From Flavobacteriales bacterium (GTDB lineage: Bacteria; Bacteroidota; Bacteroidia; Flavobacteriales_D; Sanyastnellaceae), in NCBI GenBank assembly GCA_965224545.1, contig CBDCZM010000004.1:310034-374033 (forward strand): a stretch of DNA of 64,000 bases, in the 5' to 3' direction. The translations under genes were made by a program, and so were the position numbers. Position 1 is the first letter of the stretch. Each line of letters opens with the position of its first letter. Below, one piece after another: positions 18,059-27,205 of this stretch. The notes under the pieces were generated by a model that was not told where the DNA came from, did no database searches, and saw nothing but the letters and a program-made list of their open reading frames with translations.

Positions 18059-19449
18059 CAGGGCAAAAGCATTTAAACCATTAGACATTATTACGACTCA
18101 TTTAGTATAGGTCAAATTATTCTTTTTTGACAATGCAAAAAGTTAGTTTATATGTCTAAAACCAATGCTTTGACTTTTTGAGTCCAACGAAAAGAAAGCT
18201 ATAGTAATTCAGTTATAATAATGTCTATTACCTTTATTTTGTTCTTAATTTTTTAATTTTCAATCAGTAGTATTTTTGAAAAGCGTTTTTTTCATTCGAA
18301 AAAGATGGATAGAAAAACCACGTTTTCTAATACAAATTCACTTTCCTGTTTTTTCTCTGCTCTAAAAGACCCAAGGCGAATAGATGCGGGAAATTACCAC
18401 CATTCTTTGAGCGACATATTGCTATTGGTTATAACAGGGATAATGTGTGGCTGTGATAAATGGGAGACCATACACATTTTTGGTAAAAGTCAATATTACT
18501 GGCTTAAGCAGTATGGAAACTTTGATACTGGTATTCCATCGATAGATACTATGCGAAGAGTCTTTTCAGCTCTTGATTCTGAGAATTTCAATGATTGTTT
18601 TATCTCTTGGATTAATCATTTGTGTGTGAAAACAAAAGGAGAAGTTATAGCTCTTGATGGTAAAACAGTGAGGGGCGGTAAGTTTGACGGAATAACAACC
18701 CCTCATATTGTTTCTGCCTTTGCATCAGAGAATCAACTGTGTCTGGGTCAATTGAAAGTGAATGAAAAAAGCAATGAAATTACTGCAATACCTGCATTAT
18801 TAGAATTGTTAGATATAAAGGGTAATACAATTACCATTGATGCAATGGGGTGTCAAACAAAGATTGTAAGTCAAATTGTGAAAAGTGAAGCCAATTATAT
18901 TATTGCAGTTAAAGGAAATCAACCTGCTTTGGCTAGTAATATTCAAGATACAGTTGTATTGACAAATCCTGATAGTGTTGATGTTGAAGATGATTTCGGA
19001 CACGGAAGAATAGAAAAAAGAACTTGTGAAGTTTTTACTAACTTGAAACACATAGAAAACCCTAATAAATGGGAAAATTTAATTTCGGTAGTGAAGATAA
19101 CATCAGAAGTTACTCAAAAAGCAACCGGAATAATGACAACAGATGAACGGTTTTTCATTAGTGATTTGTCATCTGCAAGAGCAATTAACAATGGGGTTCG
19201 AAAACATTGGTCAGTTGAAAATAATTTACATTGGAGCCTCGATGTGACATTTCAAGAAGACTTTTCTAAAAAAAGAATAGGGTATCAAGTGGAAAACTTT
19301 AATATCCTATTAAAAATTGTATTAACAGTTTTAAAAAAAGAAAGCTCAGCTAAAATTAGCTTGAAAAACAAGAGAATGAAAGCGGCTTTTGACACAGACT
19401 ATAGAAATTTATTAATGAGTACAGCTGTTTTTTAAATGCTTTTGCCCTG
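18059..19449 (+). mobile_element. ISAs1-family insertion sequence (1391 bp), 15-bp terminal IRs (cagggcaaaagcatt) and 10-bp TSD TTGTCTATAC
   Basis: IR-L 18059-18073 is the reverse complement of IR-R 19435-19449. Direct repeat ttgtctatac lies at 18049-18058 and 19450-19459. Confidence 0.85.
18305..19435 (+). CDS. ISAs1-family transposase (H-repeat-associated protein type)
   Basis: 376 aa. Conserved ...DPRR...LSDILLL... N-region and ...HWSVENNLHWSLDVTFQED... C-region typical of ISAs1/DDE_Tnp_1_assoc. Confidence 0.8.
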   Translation: MDRKTTFSNTNSLSCFFSALKDPRRIDAGNYHHSLSDILLLVITGIMCGCDKWETIHIFGKSQYYWLKQYGNFDTGIPSIDTMRRVFSALDSENFNDCFISWINHLCVKTKGEVIALDGKTVRGGKFDGITTPHIVSAFASENQLCLGQLKVNEKSNEITAIPALLELLDIKGNTITIDAMGCQTKIVSQIVKSEANYIIAVKGNQPALASNIQDTVVLTNPDSVDVEDDFGHGRIEKRTCEVFTNLKHIENPNKWENLISVVKITSEVTQKATGIMTTDERFFISDLSSARAINNGVRKHWSVENNLHWSLDVTFQEDFSKKRIGYQVENFNILLKIVLTVLKKESSAKISLKNKRMKAAFDTDYRNLLMSTAVF

Positions 19450-19503
19450 TTGTCTATACTTTCTTATGATATGAATATAGTACCTTACAATATGATTTGG
19501 AAT

Positions 19504-20172
19504 ATGACAAAGCAAATCAGTATTCTTATTTCTTGTTTACTTCTTGGTGCAATTCAGTCAATTGGACAGGGAGATATTCCTGTGCCTCAAAGACCCAAGC
19601 ACAAGAAAAATCACGAGCTTGGGTTTGGTGTCAATCGCACGTATATAGAACAAGAGAGTACATTTGATGGTGATGGCTTTATTCTCAGCTATCACCGACC
19701 TCGTGTTAATGAAAAGATGGTTTCTTTTACTGGCGGAATTGAGTTTAAGAAAACATCAATTTTTGTCAAAACTATTCAGGAATCACGCAGTGTTTCGTAT
19801 TCTGATGCTCATTTAGATTTCTACTATTTCTCTTTACCTGCTTTGCTTCGATTCAAGTTTGGAGAATATGAAAGATTAAATGTGCAATTAGGACCATATT
19901 TAGATATTCTTGGTGGAGGTGTTCTTAAAGGAAGACAAAAAATAACACCACCAATGACCTTGCAGCAACCAACTACGGAGAGCGATGTCTCAATAGGGAT
20001 AAGTTCATCTAATATAAAATTTGGAGGAGTTATTGATATTATATATCGCCCCTTTTTGAGATTACCCGATGTAGGAGTCGTTACTGGTGTTCGTCATGGA
20101 TATGGAGGTCTTTGGACCCATATTTATTCCAAGAATAGATTCTATTTCGCTGGTGTGAGTTATATGTTGTAG
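19504..20172 (+). CDS. Small outer-membrane beta-barrel protein, paralog 3
   Basis: Signal peptide MTKQISILISCLLLGAIQSIGQ; beta-strand periodicity. The ORF-track start at 19450 lies in the ISAs1 TSD, so the first in-frame ATG with a signal peptide, at 19504, was chosen. Confidence 0.45.
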   Translation: MTKQISILISCLLLGAIQSIGQGDIPVPQRPKHKKNHELGFGVNRTYIEQESTFDGDGFILSYHRPRVNEKMVSFTGGIEFKKTSIFVKTIQESRSVSYSDAHLDFYYFSLPALLRFKFGEYERLNVQLGPYLDILGGGVLKGRQKITPPMTLQQPTTESDVSIGISSSNIKFGGVIDIIYRPFLRLPDVGVVTGVRHGYGGLWTHIYSKNRFYFAGVSYML

Positions 20173-20366
20173 GAATATATACAAAAAGGCTGGGAAGATG
20201 TAATCAACCCAGCCTTTCTCATTAGTTCAGCTACTGTCTTAATCGTCCTAATCTTTGTTCCCTTTATTCAATTCTTGTAATCTTATCTGGATATCATGTT
20301 TAGACCGTTGAATAAGTTAGAGGCTTAACAAGAGGAAACTTCTAAATAGTCATTAAATTTAAAGGG

Positions 20367-21488
20367 ATGAACAAGTGGTTAATAGTTTTCATGGCAGCTT
20401 TGCTTTTGGCTTCGTTACAACAGTGCAAAAAAGATACTGCAGAGTGTGATGAAATACCAGAAAAGATTTCTTTCTCATTACCAGATACATTATTCGATTA
20501 TACTCCGGTTATCCCTGCTCATATTCAGTCCGATCCAATATTCTCTTTTTCATCAAATGTTCCCTCCAGTAACCCGCAAACAAATGAGGGCATCACGTTA
20601 GGACGCGTGTTGTTTTATGATAAAAGACTATCGAATGACAATACGATTAGCTGTGCTTCATGCCATCTTCAGGAAAACGCGTTTAGTTTCCCTGAGCAAT
20701 TTTCGGAGGGGATAAATCAACAAATAACTCCAAGAAATAGCATGGCTATAGTTAACATGCGATGGAATAGAAAGTTTTTCTGGGATCTCAGAGAAAATCG
20801 GATAGAGGATCAAGTGTTACAACCGATTAAGCACCCAGGGGAGATGGCAACGAATTTAGACCAGTTGGTAACTGAGCTATCAACCATTGAAGATTATAAG
20901 TCGTTATTTGAGGATGCTTTTGGAGATGCTGAAGTTACTGAGGAAAGGGTGTCAAAAGCACTATCTCAATTTCTTAGAGCATTGGCTTCATTTGATTCTA
21001 AATATGATCAGGGAAAGCAAAATGAATTCGTCAATTTCACACCCTCAGAGTTTACTGGAATGGAGCTGTTTTTTAGTGGAACTATAAAGTGTAATCATTG
21101 TCATACTGGAGAGTTGTTTCAGTCTTCAGAAGCCATGAGTAATGGATTGGACCTTGTGGCTGCAGACCCTGGTGTAGGTGGAATTACCGAAGCACCAGAA
21201 GACATGGGTCAGTTTAAAGTTGTAACGCTAAGAAATATTGAACTCACTGCACCTTACATGCATGATGGTCGTTTTCAAACTTTAGAAGAAGTGGTTGAGT
21301 TTTATAACTCAGGAGCACAGCAACATCCTAATCTTGATCACCGATTTACGGTGGATGGTGAAGATGGTGGAGTTCCAGTTCAATTAAACTTGACAGAAGT
21401 TCAAAAAGCTGATTTAGTAGCATTCTTAAAAACACTTTCGGATGAGAATTTCATTCAAGATGTCCGATTCTCTGATCCGTTTGATTGA
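20367..21488 (+). CDS. Di-haem cytochrome c peroxidase (CCP/MauG family)
   Basis: Two CxxCH haem motifs (CASCH, CNHCH); lipoprotein-like signal; 373 aa. Confidence 0.8.
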   Translation: MNKWLIVFMAALLLASLQQCKKDTAECDEIPEKISFSLPDTLFDYTPVIPAHIQSDPIFSFSSNVPSSNPQTNEGITLGRVLFYDKRLSNDNTISCASCHLQENAFSFPEQFSEGINQQITPRNSMAIVNMRWNRKFFWDLRENRIEDQVLQPIKHPGEMATNLDQLVTELSTIEDYKSLFEDAFGDAEVTEERVSKALSQFLRALASFDSKYDQGKQNEFVNFTPSEFTGMELFFSGTIKCNHCHTGELFQSSEAMSNGLDLVAADPGVGGITEAPEDMGQFKVVTLRNIELTAPYMHDGRFQTLEEVVEFYNSGAQQHPNLDHRFTVDGEDGGVPVQLNLTEVQKADLVAFLKTLSDENFIQDVRFSDPFD

Positions 21489-21506
21489 GCAAATATGCCG
21501 AATCAA

Positions 21507-22070
21507 TCAATACTCTGCTATTAGGAGTTGATTTAGTCGAATATCAGTTGAATCTATATTCTCTAGATCTTCAGACGAAGGAAAGTAATTGACCCCTATC
21601 TTATTCACAGAGGATTTACAATTGGCTAAAAATCGATCATAAAAGCCTTTTCCATATCCAATCCGATTTCCTTTTCGATCAGCATATAGCAATGGAACAA
21701 TAACAATGTCAATTTCTGATTCATCCAGCTCAGGACCATCTTTAGGTTCAGGAATTCCCCAATCATTTGTGTGGAATGGAGTGTTCTTGTTAATTAGAAC
21801 TGTCCTCATAGTGTTTGTGCTGAAGTTGGAGACTGAAGTACATAAATTAATACCCGTTGAATGACAATGATCGATAAATATACCAAGGTCAATTTCATTT
21901 AATTTTTTTATAGGAAAAAACACATGAACAATGCATTTATCCAAATCCATTTTTTTCAATTGATAACAAATAGATTCTGAGGCAGCTTTCTGTTGAATCA
22001 TGGAAAGTTGGGACCGAAGTTTCCGATATTTTTTTCTTGCCTCCTGTTTAGTCAGAAATGATTCGATCAA
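21507..22070 (-). CDS. 5-formyltetrahydrofolate cyclo-ligase
   Basis: C-terminal GYGKGFYDRFL motif and N-terminal KxxLRxxLR pattern; 187 aa. Apparent TTG start. Confidence 0.7.
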   Translation of the reverse strand: MIESFLTKQEARKKYRKLRSQLSMIQQKAASESICYQLKKMDLDKCIVHVFFPIKKLNEIDLGIFIDHCHSTGINLCTSVSNFSTNTMRTVLINKNTPFHTNDWGIPEPKDGPELDESEIDIVIVPLLYADRKGNRIGYGKGFYDRFLANCKSSVNKIGVNYFPSSEDLENIDSTDIRLNQLLIAEY

Positions 22071-22218
22071 AGAATTTCAAATACTGCCAAATTTACAATC
22101 TCAGTGGGTTGATTCTGACTGAATATCTATCAAAATAGGCAATTTGTCAGGCTTATACCAATGGCATTGCTTTTGACAAGGTAGTTTCCTCAATTAGAAT
22201 ATTTATTAAATATAGAAA

Positions 22219-24120
22219 ATGATAAAAGAAGGTAATATCAATGTGCAAACGGAAAACATCTTTCCGATTATCAAACAGTTTCTTTACTCTGACCATGAAA
22301 TTTTTCTTAGAGAGTTGGTTTCAAATGCTGTTGATGCGACTCAGAAAATGAAAACACTCAGTTCCATCGGTGAAATGAAAGCCAATGTAGACAAGTTGAG
22401 AGTAGAAGTTATTCTGGACAAAGAGGCCAAAACCGTTACTGTAAGAGATAATGGAATTGGTATGACTGGAGATGAAGTTGATAAATACATTAATCAAATC
22501 GCTTTTTCTGGAGCAGAAGAATTTGTAAATAAATACAAAGATGCGGATGCAAAGAACTCTATTATTGGACACTTTGGACTAGGTTTCTACTCTGCATTCA
22601 TGGTGGCTAAAGAAGTGGAAATTGTCTCTAAAAGCCAAAAGCCAAATAGCACACCCGTAAAATGGTATAGTGATGGTACTCCTGTGTTTAAGATGGAGGA
22701 AGCCACTAAAAAAACCAAAGGAACTGATATTATACTTCACATTGCTGATGACTCTTTGGAGTTTTTAGAGGAGTCTAGAATTTCAGAGATTTTAAATAAG
22801 TACTGTAAGTTCCTTCCTGTAGAAGTGAAATTTGGTACTAAAACAGAAAGTATTGAAGATCCTTCTGGAGAAAAGGATGAGGAAGGAAATGTGAAGAGAA
22901 TTTCTCAAGAGGTAGATAATATTATTAATAACCCATCTCCAGCTTGGACGAAAGCACCTGCGAATCTAACAGATGAAGATTACAATGCTTTTTATAGAGA
23001 GCTCTATCCAATGGAGTTCAATGATCCACTTTTTCACATTCACCTAAATGTGGATTATCCATTTAATCTAACTGGTATTCTTTACTTCCCGAAATTGAAG
23101 AATAATGTAGAGGTTCAAAAGAATAAGATCAATCTATATAGTAACCAGGTGTTTATTACTGATAACGTAGAAAACATTGTTCCTGAATTTTTGACACTAT
23201 TACACGGAGTAATAGATTCTCCAGACATTCCTTTGAACGTCTCTAGATCTTATCTCCAGGCAGATGGAAATGTGAAGAAAATTTCATCTCACATTACCAA
23301 GAAAGTTGCTGATAAGTTGGCATCTATGTTTAAGAATGACAGGAAAGATTTTGAAGAAAAATGGGATGATGTAAAAGTGTTCATTGAATATGGAATGCTT
23401 ACTGAGGATAAGTTCTACGATAAAGGGGAGAAATTCGCGCTTTATAAAACCACAACAGGAGGGTACCATACGTTTGAGGAGTATTTTGAAAAGGTGAAGG
23501 AAACTCAAAAGAATAAGGATGGAAAAACAATTCTGTTATACACAAGTGATCCTAAGGAACAGCATAGTTTTGTGAAAAGGGCAACAGATAAAGGCTATGA
23601 AGTGCTAGAATTTGAAGGTCCTTTGGTTAGTCATTTAATGAGTAAGCTAGAGAGTAAGCATTCAGATGTTCAGTTTGCAAGAGTGGATGCAGATACAATT
23701 GATAAGCTGATTCAAAAAGATGAAGAACAGCCATCCAAATTGACTGAAGCACAGGTGGAAGAGTTAAAGCCTCTAATTGAAGGAGAGGTGGAGAAGGAGA
23801 AATTCACTGTACAGGTAGAAAGTATGTCTGAGACTGATTCCCCTATTATCATTACTCAAAGTGAATTTATGAGACGTATGAAAGAACAACAAATGACTGG
23901 TGGTGGTGGAATGCAGATGTTCGGAAACATGCCTGAGATGTATAACTTGGTGGTCAATGGAAATCATCCATTAGTGAGCAGGATTCTGGAGGAGAAGGAC
24001 GACACTGTGCGATCAGGACTAATCAAGCAGACTGTAGATCTTGCGCTTCTTTCTCAAGGTCTCTTGAAAGGGGAAGACCTTACTAGCTTTGTTACTCGTT
24101 CTGTAGAAATGATCAAATAA
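22219..24120 (+). CDS. htpG: Molecular chaperone HtpG (Hsp90)
   Basis: ELVSNAVDA and HFGLGFYSAFMVA Bergerat-fold ATPase motifs; 633 aa. Confidence 0.9.
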   Translation: MIKEGNINVQTENIFPIIKQFLYSDHEIFLRELVSNAVDATQKMKTLSSIGEMKANVDKLRVEVILDKEAKTVTVRDNGIGMTGDEVDKYINQIAFSGAEEFVNKYKDADAKNSIIGHFGLGFYSAFMVAKEVEIVSKSQKPNSTPVKWYSDGTPVFKMEEATKKTKGTDIILHIADDSLEFLEESRISEILNKYCKFLPVEVKFGTKTESIEDPSGEKDEEGNVKRISQEVDNIINNPSPAWTKAPANLTDEDYNAFYRELYPMEFNDPLFHIHLNVDYPFNLTGILYFPKLKNNVEVQKNKINLYSNQVFITDNVENIVPEFLTLLHGVIDSPDIPLNVSRSYLQADGNVKKISSHITKKVADKLASMFKNDRKDFEEKWDDVKVFIEYGMLTEDKFYDKGEKFALYKTTTGGYHTFEEYFEKVKETQKNKDGKTILLYTSDPKEQHSFVKRATDKGYEVLEFEGPLVSHLMSKLESKHSDVQFARVDADTIDKLIQKDEEQPSKLTEAQVEELKPLIEGEVEKEKFTVQVESMSETDSPIIITQSEFMRRMKEQQMTGGGGMQMFGNMPEMYNLVVNGNHPLVSRILEEKDDTVRSGLIKQTVDLALLSQGLLKGEDLTSFVTRSVEMIK

Positions 24121-24198
24121 ATTTAAATAGATATATTTAAGCGTTGCAATACTTGAAAAAGAGAGTATTGCGGCGCTTATTTTATTAAAGAACAATCG

Positions 24199-24825
24199 AT
24201 GAAAAAATTTCTTCCCCTGTTAGCTCTTGTTGGAGTAGTACTCCTTTTTTTCTTGATATTCTATCTCTGGGGAGGTAGTATTTATGATGGAGCAGTGACC
24301 AAACAGGAAACTGTGGAGCAAGAATGGGCTGACGTTCAAGCACAATACCAAAGAAGAGCCGATTTAATACCTCAATTAGTTGCTACGGTAAAAGGTGCTG
24401 CTGAAAATGAAAAAGAAATTTTGATAAGAGTTACAGAAGCTAGGGCTGGTATTGTGCCTGGGAGTTATACTCCCAATCAGTTTAGAGATCGAGTTTCTGA
24501 AGGAATAGCTCAACAAGAGACACCATCTCAACTAGTGGGTTTTTGGGGAGCTTCCAGACGGATGCTTATGGAAAATTATCCTGAAATAAAGTCTACAGAA
24601 AATTTTCAACAACTTCAAACATCGATTGAGGGTACTGAAAATAGAGTGACTATCGCTCGCGAAAACTACAATGCTTCAGTAAAGACTTATAATTCCCATG
24701 TTCGAGGTTTTTTTAGGTCAAAAGCATTAGGAATGTTGGCGGAAGAAGGAGAGTTTGCAAAGCGAGAAATGTTTAAAGCAAAAGAAGGAAATGATGATGC
24801 TCCTATCGTAAACTTTGCAGATTAA
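24199..24825 (+). CDS. LemA-family protein
   Basis: N-terminal TM then the LemA-type region (QEWADVQAQYQRRADLIPQLV...). 1-nt overlap with the next gene. Confidence 0.75.
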   Translation: MKKFLPLLALVGVVLLFFLIFYLWGGSIYDGAVTKQETVEQEWADVQAQYQRRADLIPQLVATVKGAAENEKEILIRVTEARAGIVPGSYTPNQFRDRVSEGIAQQETPSQLVGFWGASRRMLMENYPEIKSTENFQQLQTSIEGTENRVTIARENYNASVKTYNSHVRGFFRSKALGMLAEEGEFAKREMFKAKEGNDDAPIVNFAD

Positions 24826-25274
24826 TGAGTGCGAAAGAGTTTTTTACAGAAGAGGAAAGAGAAGAAATAGAAGCTGCTATAGAAAGGGCTGAAAGTGTTA
24901 CTTCAGGAGAAATCCGAGTACATTTAGAAAACAGTTGTGATGAAAATATATTGGATCATTCAGTGTGGATTTTCGAACAATTAGAGATGAACAAAACCAA
25001 GAAAAGAAATGGTGTTCTGATTTACATGGCTGTTGGGGATCGTACATTTTCAATCATTGGTGATGAAGGGATCAATCAATTAGTTCCAAAGGAGTTTTGG
25101 AATAAAACAAAAGACATTATGAAAGCTTCATTTATGGAAGGAAGCTTCAAACAAGGATTAATCGATGCCATAGAGTCTATTGGTGTAGATTTGAGAGCAC
25201 ATTTCCCAATAGAAGGGAACGACGAAAACGAACTTTCTAACAAGATTTCTTATGGAGACGAAACTAACACCTAA
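24825..25274 (+). CDS. TPM-domain protein (TLP18.3/Psb32/MOLO-1 phosphatase fold), soluble
   Basis: Acidic N-terminus, then GEIRVHLE...VLIYMAVGDRTFSIIGDEG, characteristic of TPM domains. Classic LemA-TPM-TPM operon. Confidence 0.65.
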   Translation: MSAKEFFTEEEREEIEAAIERAESVTSGEIRVHLENSCDENILDHSVWIFEQLEMNKTKKRNGVLIYMAVGDRTFSIIGDEGINQLVPKEFWNKTKDIMKASFMEGSFKQGLIDAIESIGVDLRAHFPIEGNDENELSNKISYGDETNT

Positions 25275-26115
25275 GAATCTGTCTTGGAAAGCACTTTGCT
25301 TATTGTCCTTTGTGATAATTTGCTTTTCCGTTGTTGGTCAGGAAAGTGATTGTCTTCCTGAAAAACCATCTGCTTCCACGCCTAAAATAAGTGCTTATGT
25401 ACATGATTTGGCCAATTCATTTTCGGCTGCGGAAGAATTGCAACTCAATTCTAATTTTAAACGGTTTAAGGATTCAACTTCGAATGAAATTATTCTTATC
25501 GCTCCTGACACTCTTTGTGGAATGGATATATGGGATTACGGAATCAAAATAGGAAATCAGTGGAATGTTGGTCAAAAGTCTTTTGACAATGGATTGGTGA
25601 TCGTTTATAAAGCCAAAACAGAAACTTCAAGAGGCAGAATAGCTGTGGTTACTGGAAGAGGACTCGAAGGAGCGGTTCCTGATGGAGCAGCAAAAATGAT
25701 CATTGAAAGAGAAATGATTCCTCTTTTTAAACAAGGTAAAATCATTCAGGGGCTGAGCAATGGAATTTCAGTTTTGGAAGATTTGCTAAGAGAGGAGTAC
25801 AGTTATGCCAATTATATAAGTGAGGACAAGCCCAAAAATCATTCTATGTATGTTCCATTAATCATTTTTGGATTATTCATTCTGTTCTTTTTGATTCAAG
25901 TCGGGGTGTATGCAAGGACGAACAAAATTTCCTTTTGGAAAGCATTGGTGATTATGAGTCAAACAAAAGGGACCCACTCTGGTAGATGGAGAGGGTTTAC
26001 GGGCAGCACCGGCGGATTTGGAGGGTATAGAGGTGGAGGCACCTCAGGAGGAGGAGGATTTGGAGGGTTTGGAGGTGGATCTTTTGGAGGTGGTGGTGCT
26101 TCAGGAAGTTGGTGA
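25252..26115 (+). CDS. TPM-domain membrane protein with C-terminal TM and Gly-rich tail (YgcG-like)
   Basis: Signal/TM, TPM core, TM (LIIFGLFILFFLIQVGV), then poly-Gly tail GGGTSGGGGFGGFGGGSFGGGGASGSW. Confidence 0.65.
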   Translation: METKLTPKNLSWKALCLLSFVIICFSVVGQESDCLPEKPSASTPKISAYVHDLANSFSAAEELQLNSNFKRFKDSTSNEIILIAPDTLCGMDIWDYGIKIGNQWNVGQKSFDNGLVIVYKAKTETSRGRIAVVTGRGLEGAVPDGAAKMIIEREMIPLFKQGKIIQGLSNGISVLEDLLREEYSYANYISEDKPKNHSMYVPLIIFGLFILFFLIQVGVYARTNKISFWKALVIMSQTKGTHSGRWRGFTGSTGGFGGYRGGGTSGGGGFGGFGGGSFGGGGASGSW

Positions 26116-26276
26116 ATTATTAATGTAGCAATGATAGAATGTGGAGATGGAACAATTAAACTTGCATTCTGAATTGGAAAATCTATTCTGTGTTAAAATT
26201 ACCTAAGAAACAAAGATGCTGTGTTCAACTTTCATTGTGTATTCAAGACTAATGACGAATTTTAAATTTAAATAAT

Positions 26277-27041
26277 ATGACATTTGCTAAATGGATTGGA
26301 GGAGCATTGGGGTATGCAGTAGGAGGACCTATAGGAGGACTATTGGGTTTTGCTTTTGGATCTATGTTTGATTCAGAAGAGAAACAGAATCAACAATATA
26401 AAAGGGTAGATACAGGAAGGAATAGAGGTTCTGACTATGAGCGATATAGGCATCGAACACAATCTGGAGATTTCGCTGCAAGTTTATTAGTACTATCCGC
26501 TTCAGTAATGAAAGCCGATGGGAAATTATTGAAATCTGAGCTAGATTATATCAAAGCATTTTATCAGAAACAATTTGGAGAACAGCAAGCTGCGTATCAT
26601 ATGGGAGTGCTTAAAGAGCTTTTAAAAAAGGATATTCCATTAAAGCAAGTTTGTGAGCAGATTCGCTATTTCATGGAGCATTCAGCCAGATTACAGCTCA
26701 TGCACTTCATGTTTGGAATAGCGCACGCAGATGGGCATGTGCACAGCTCCGAAGAAAGAGTTATTCAACAGATAGCTTCCTACCTTGGGATTAGCTCAAG
26801 AGATTACCAATCACTAAGAGCGATGTTTTATAAGGACGCTAGTAGTGCCTATAAAATCTTGGAGGTGAGTAAAAATGTGACTGAAGACGAATTGAAGAAG
26901 GCCCATCGAAGAATGGTGAAAAAATACCATCCAGATAAATTGAAAGATTTAGGGGAAGCTCAGATGAAAATTGGAGAGACAAAGTTCATAGAGGTTCAAA
27001 AAGCGTATGAGCAAATCAAGAAGGAAAAAGGGTGGAACTAA
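26277..27041 (+). CDS. DjlA-like co-chaperone: N-terminal Gly-rich membrane segment, TerB-like middle, C-terminal J domain
   Basis: MTFAKWIGGALGYAVGGPIGGLLGFAFG TM. C-terminal J domain YKILEVSKNVTEDELKKAHRRMVKKYHPDKL. Confidence 0.7.
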   Translation: MTFAKWIGGALGYAVGGPIGGLLGFAFGSMFDSEEKQNQQYKRVDTGRNRGSDYERYRHRTQSGDFAASLLVLSASVMKADGKLLKSELDYIKAFYQKQFGEQQAAYHMGVLKELLKKDIPLKQVCEQIRYFMEHSARLQLMHFMFGIAHADGHVHSSEERVIQQIASYLGISSRDYQSLRAMFYKDASSAYKILEVSKNVTEDELKKAHRRMVKKYHPDKLKDLGEAQMKIGETKFIEVQKAYEQIKKEKGWN

Positions 27042-27205
27042 AAAGGCTCGTTAGATTTTATGGAATCTTATTATAAGTTCCTGAGAATAGCAGCTACAAA
27101 AAACGTTATGCCGTTTTCGATAAGTCATGTTTTTTGTTAGATCAAAAGACCGTTACCTGAGTCTAATTAATTTTTGGTTGTATCTTTGGTGAAAACAGTT
27201 AAGTT

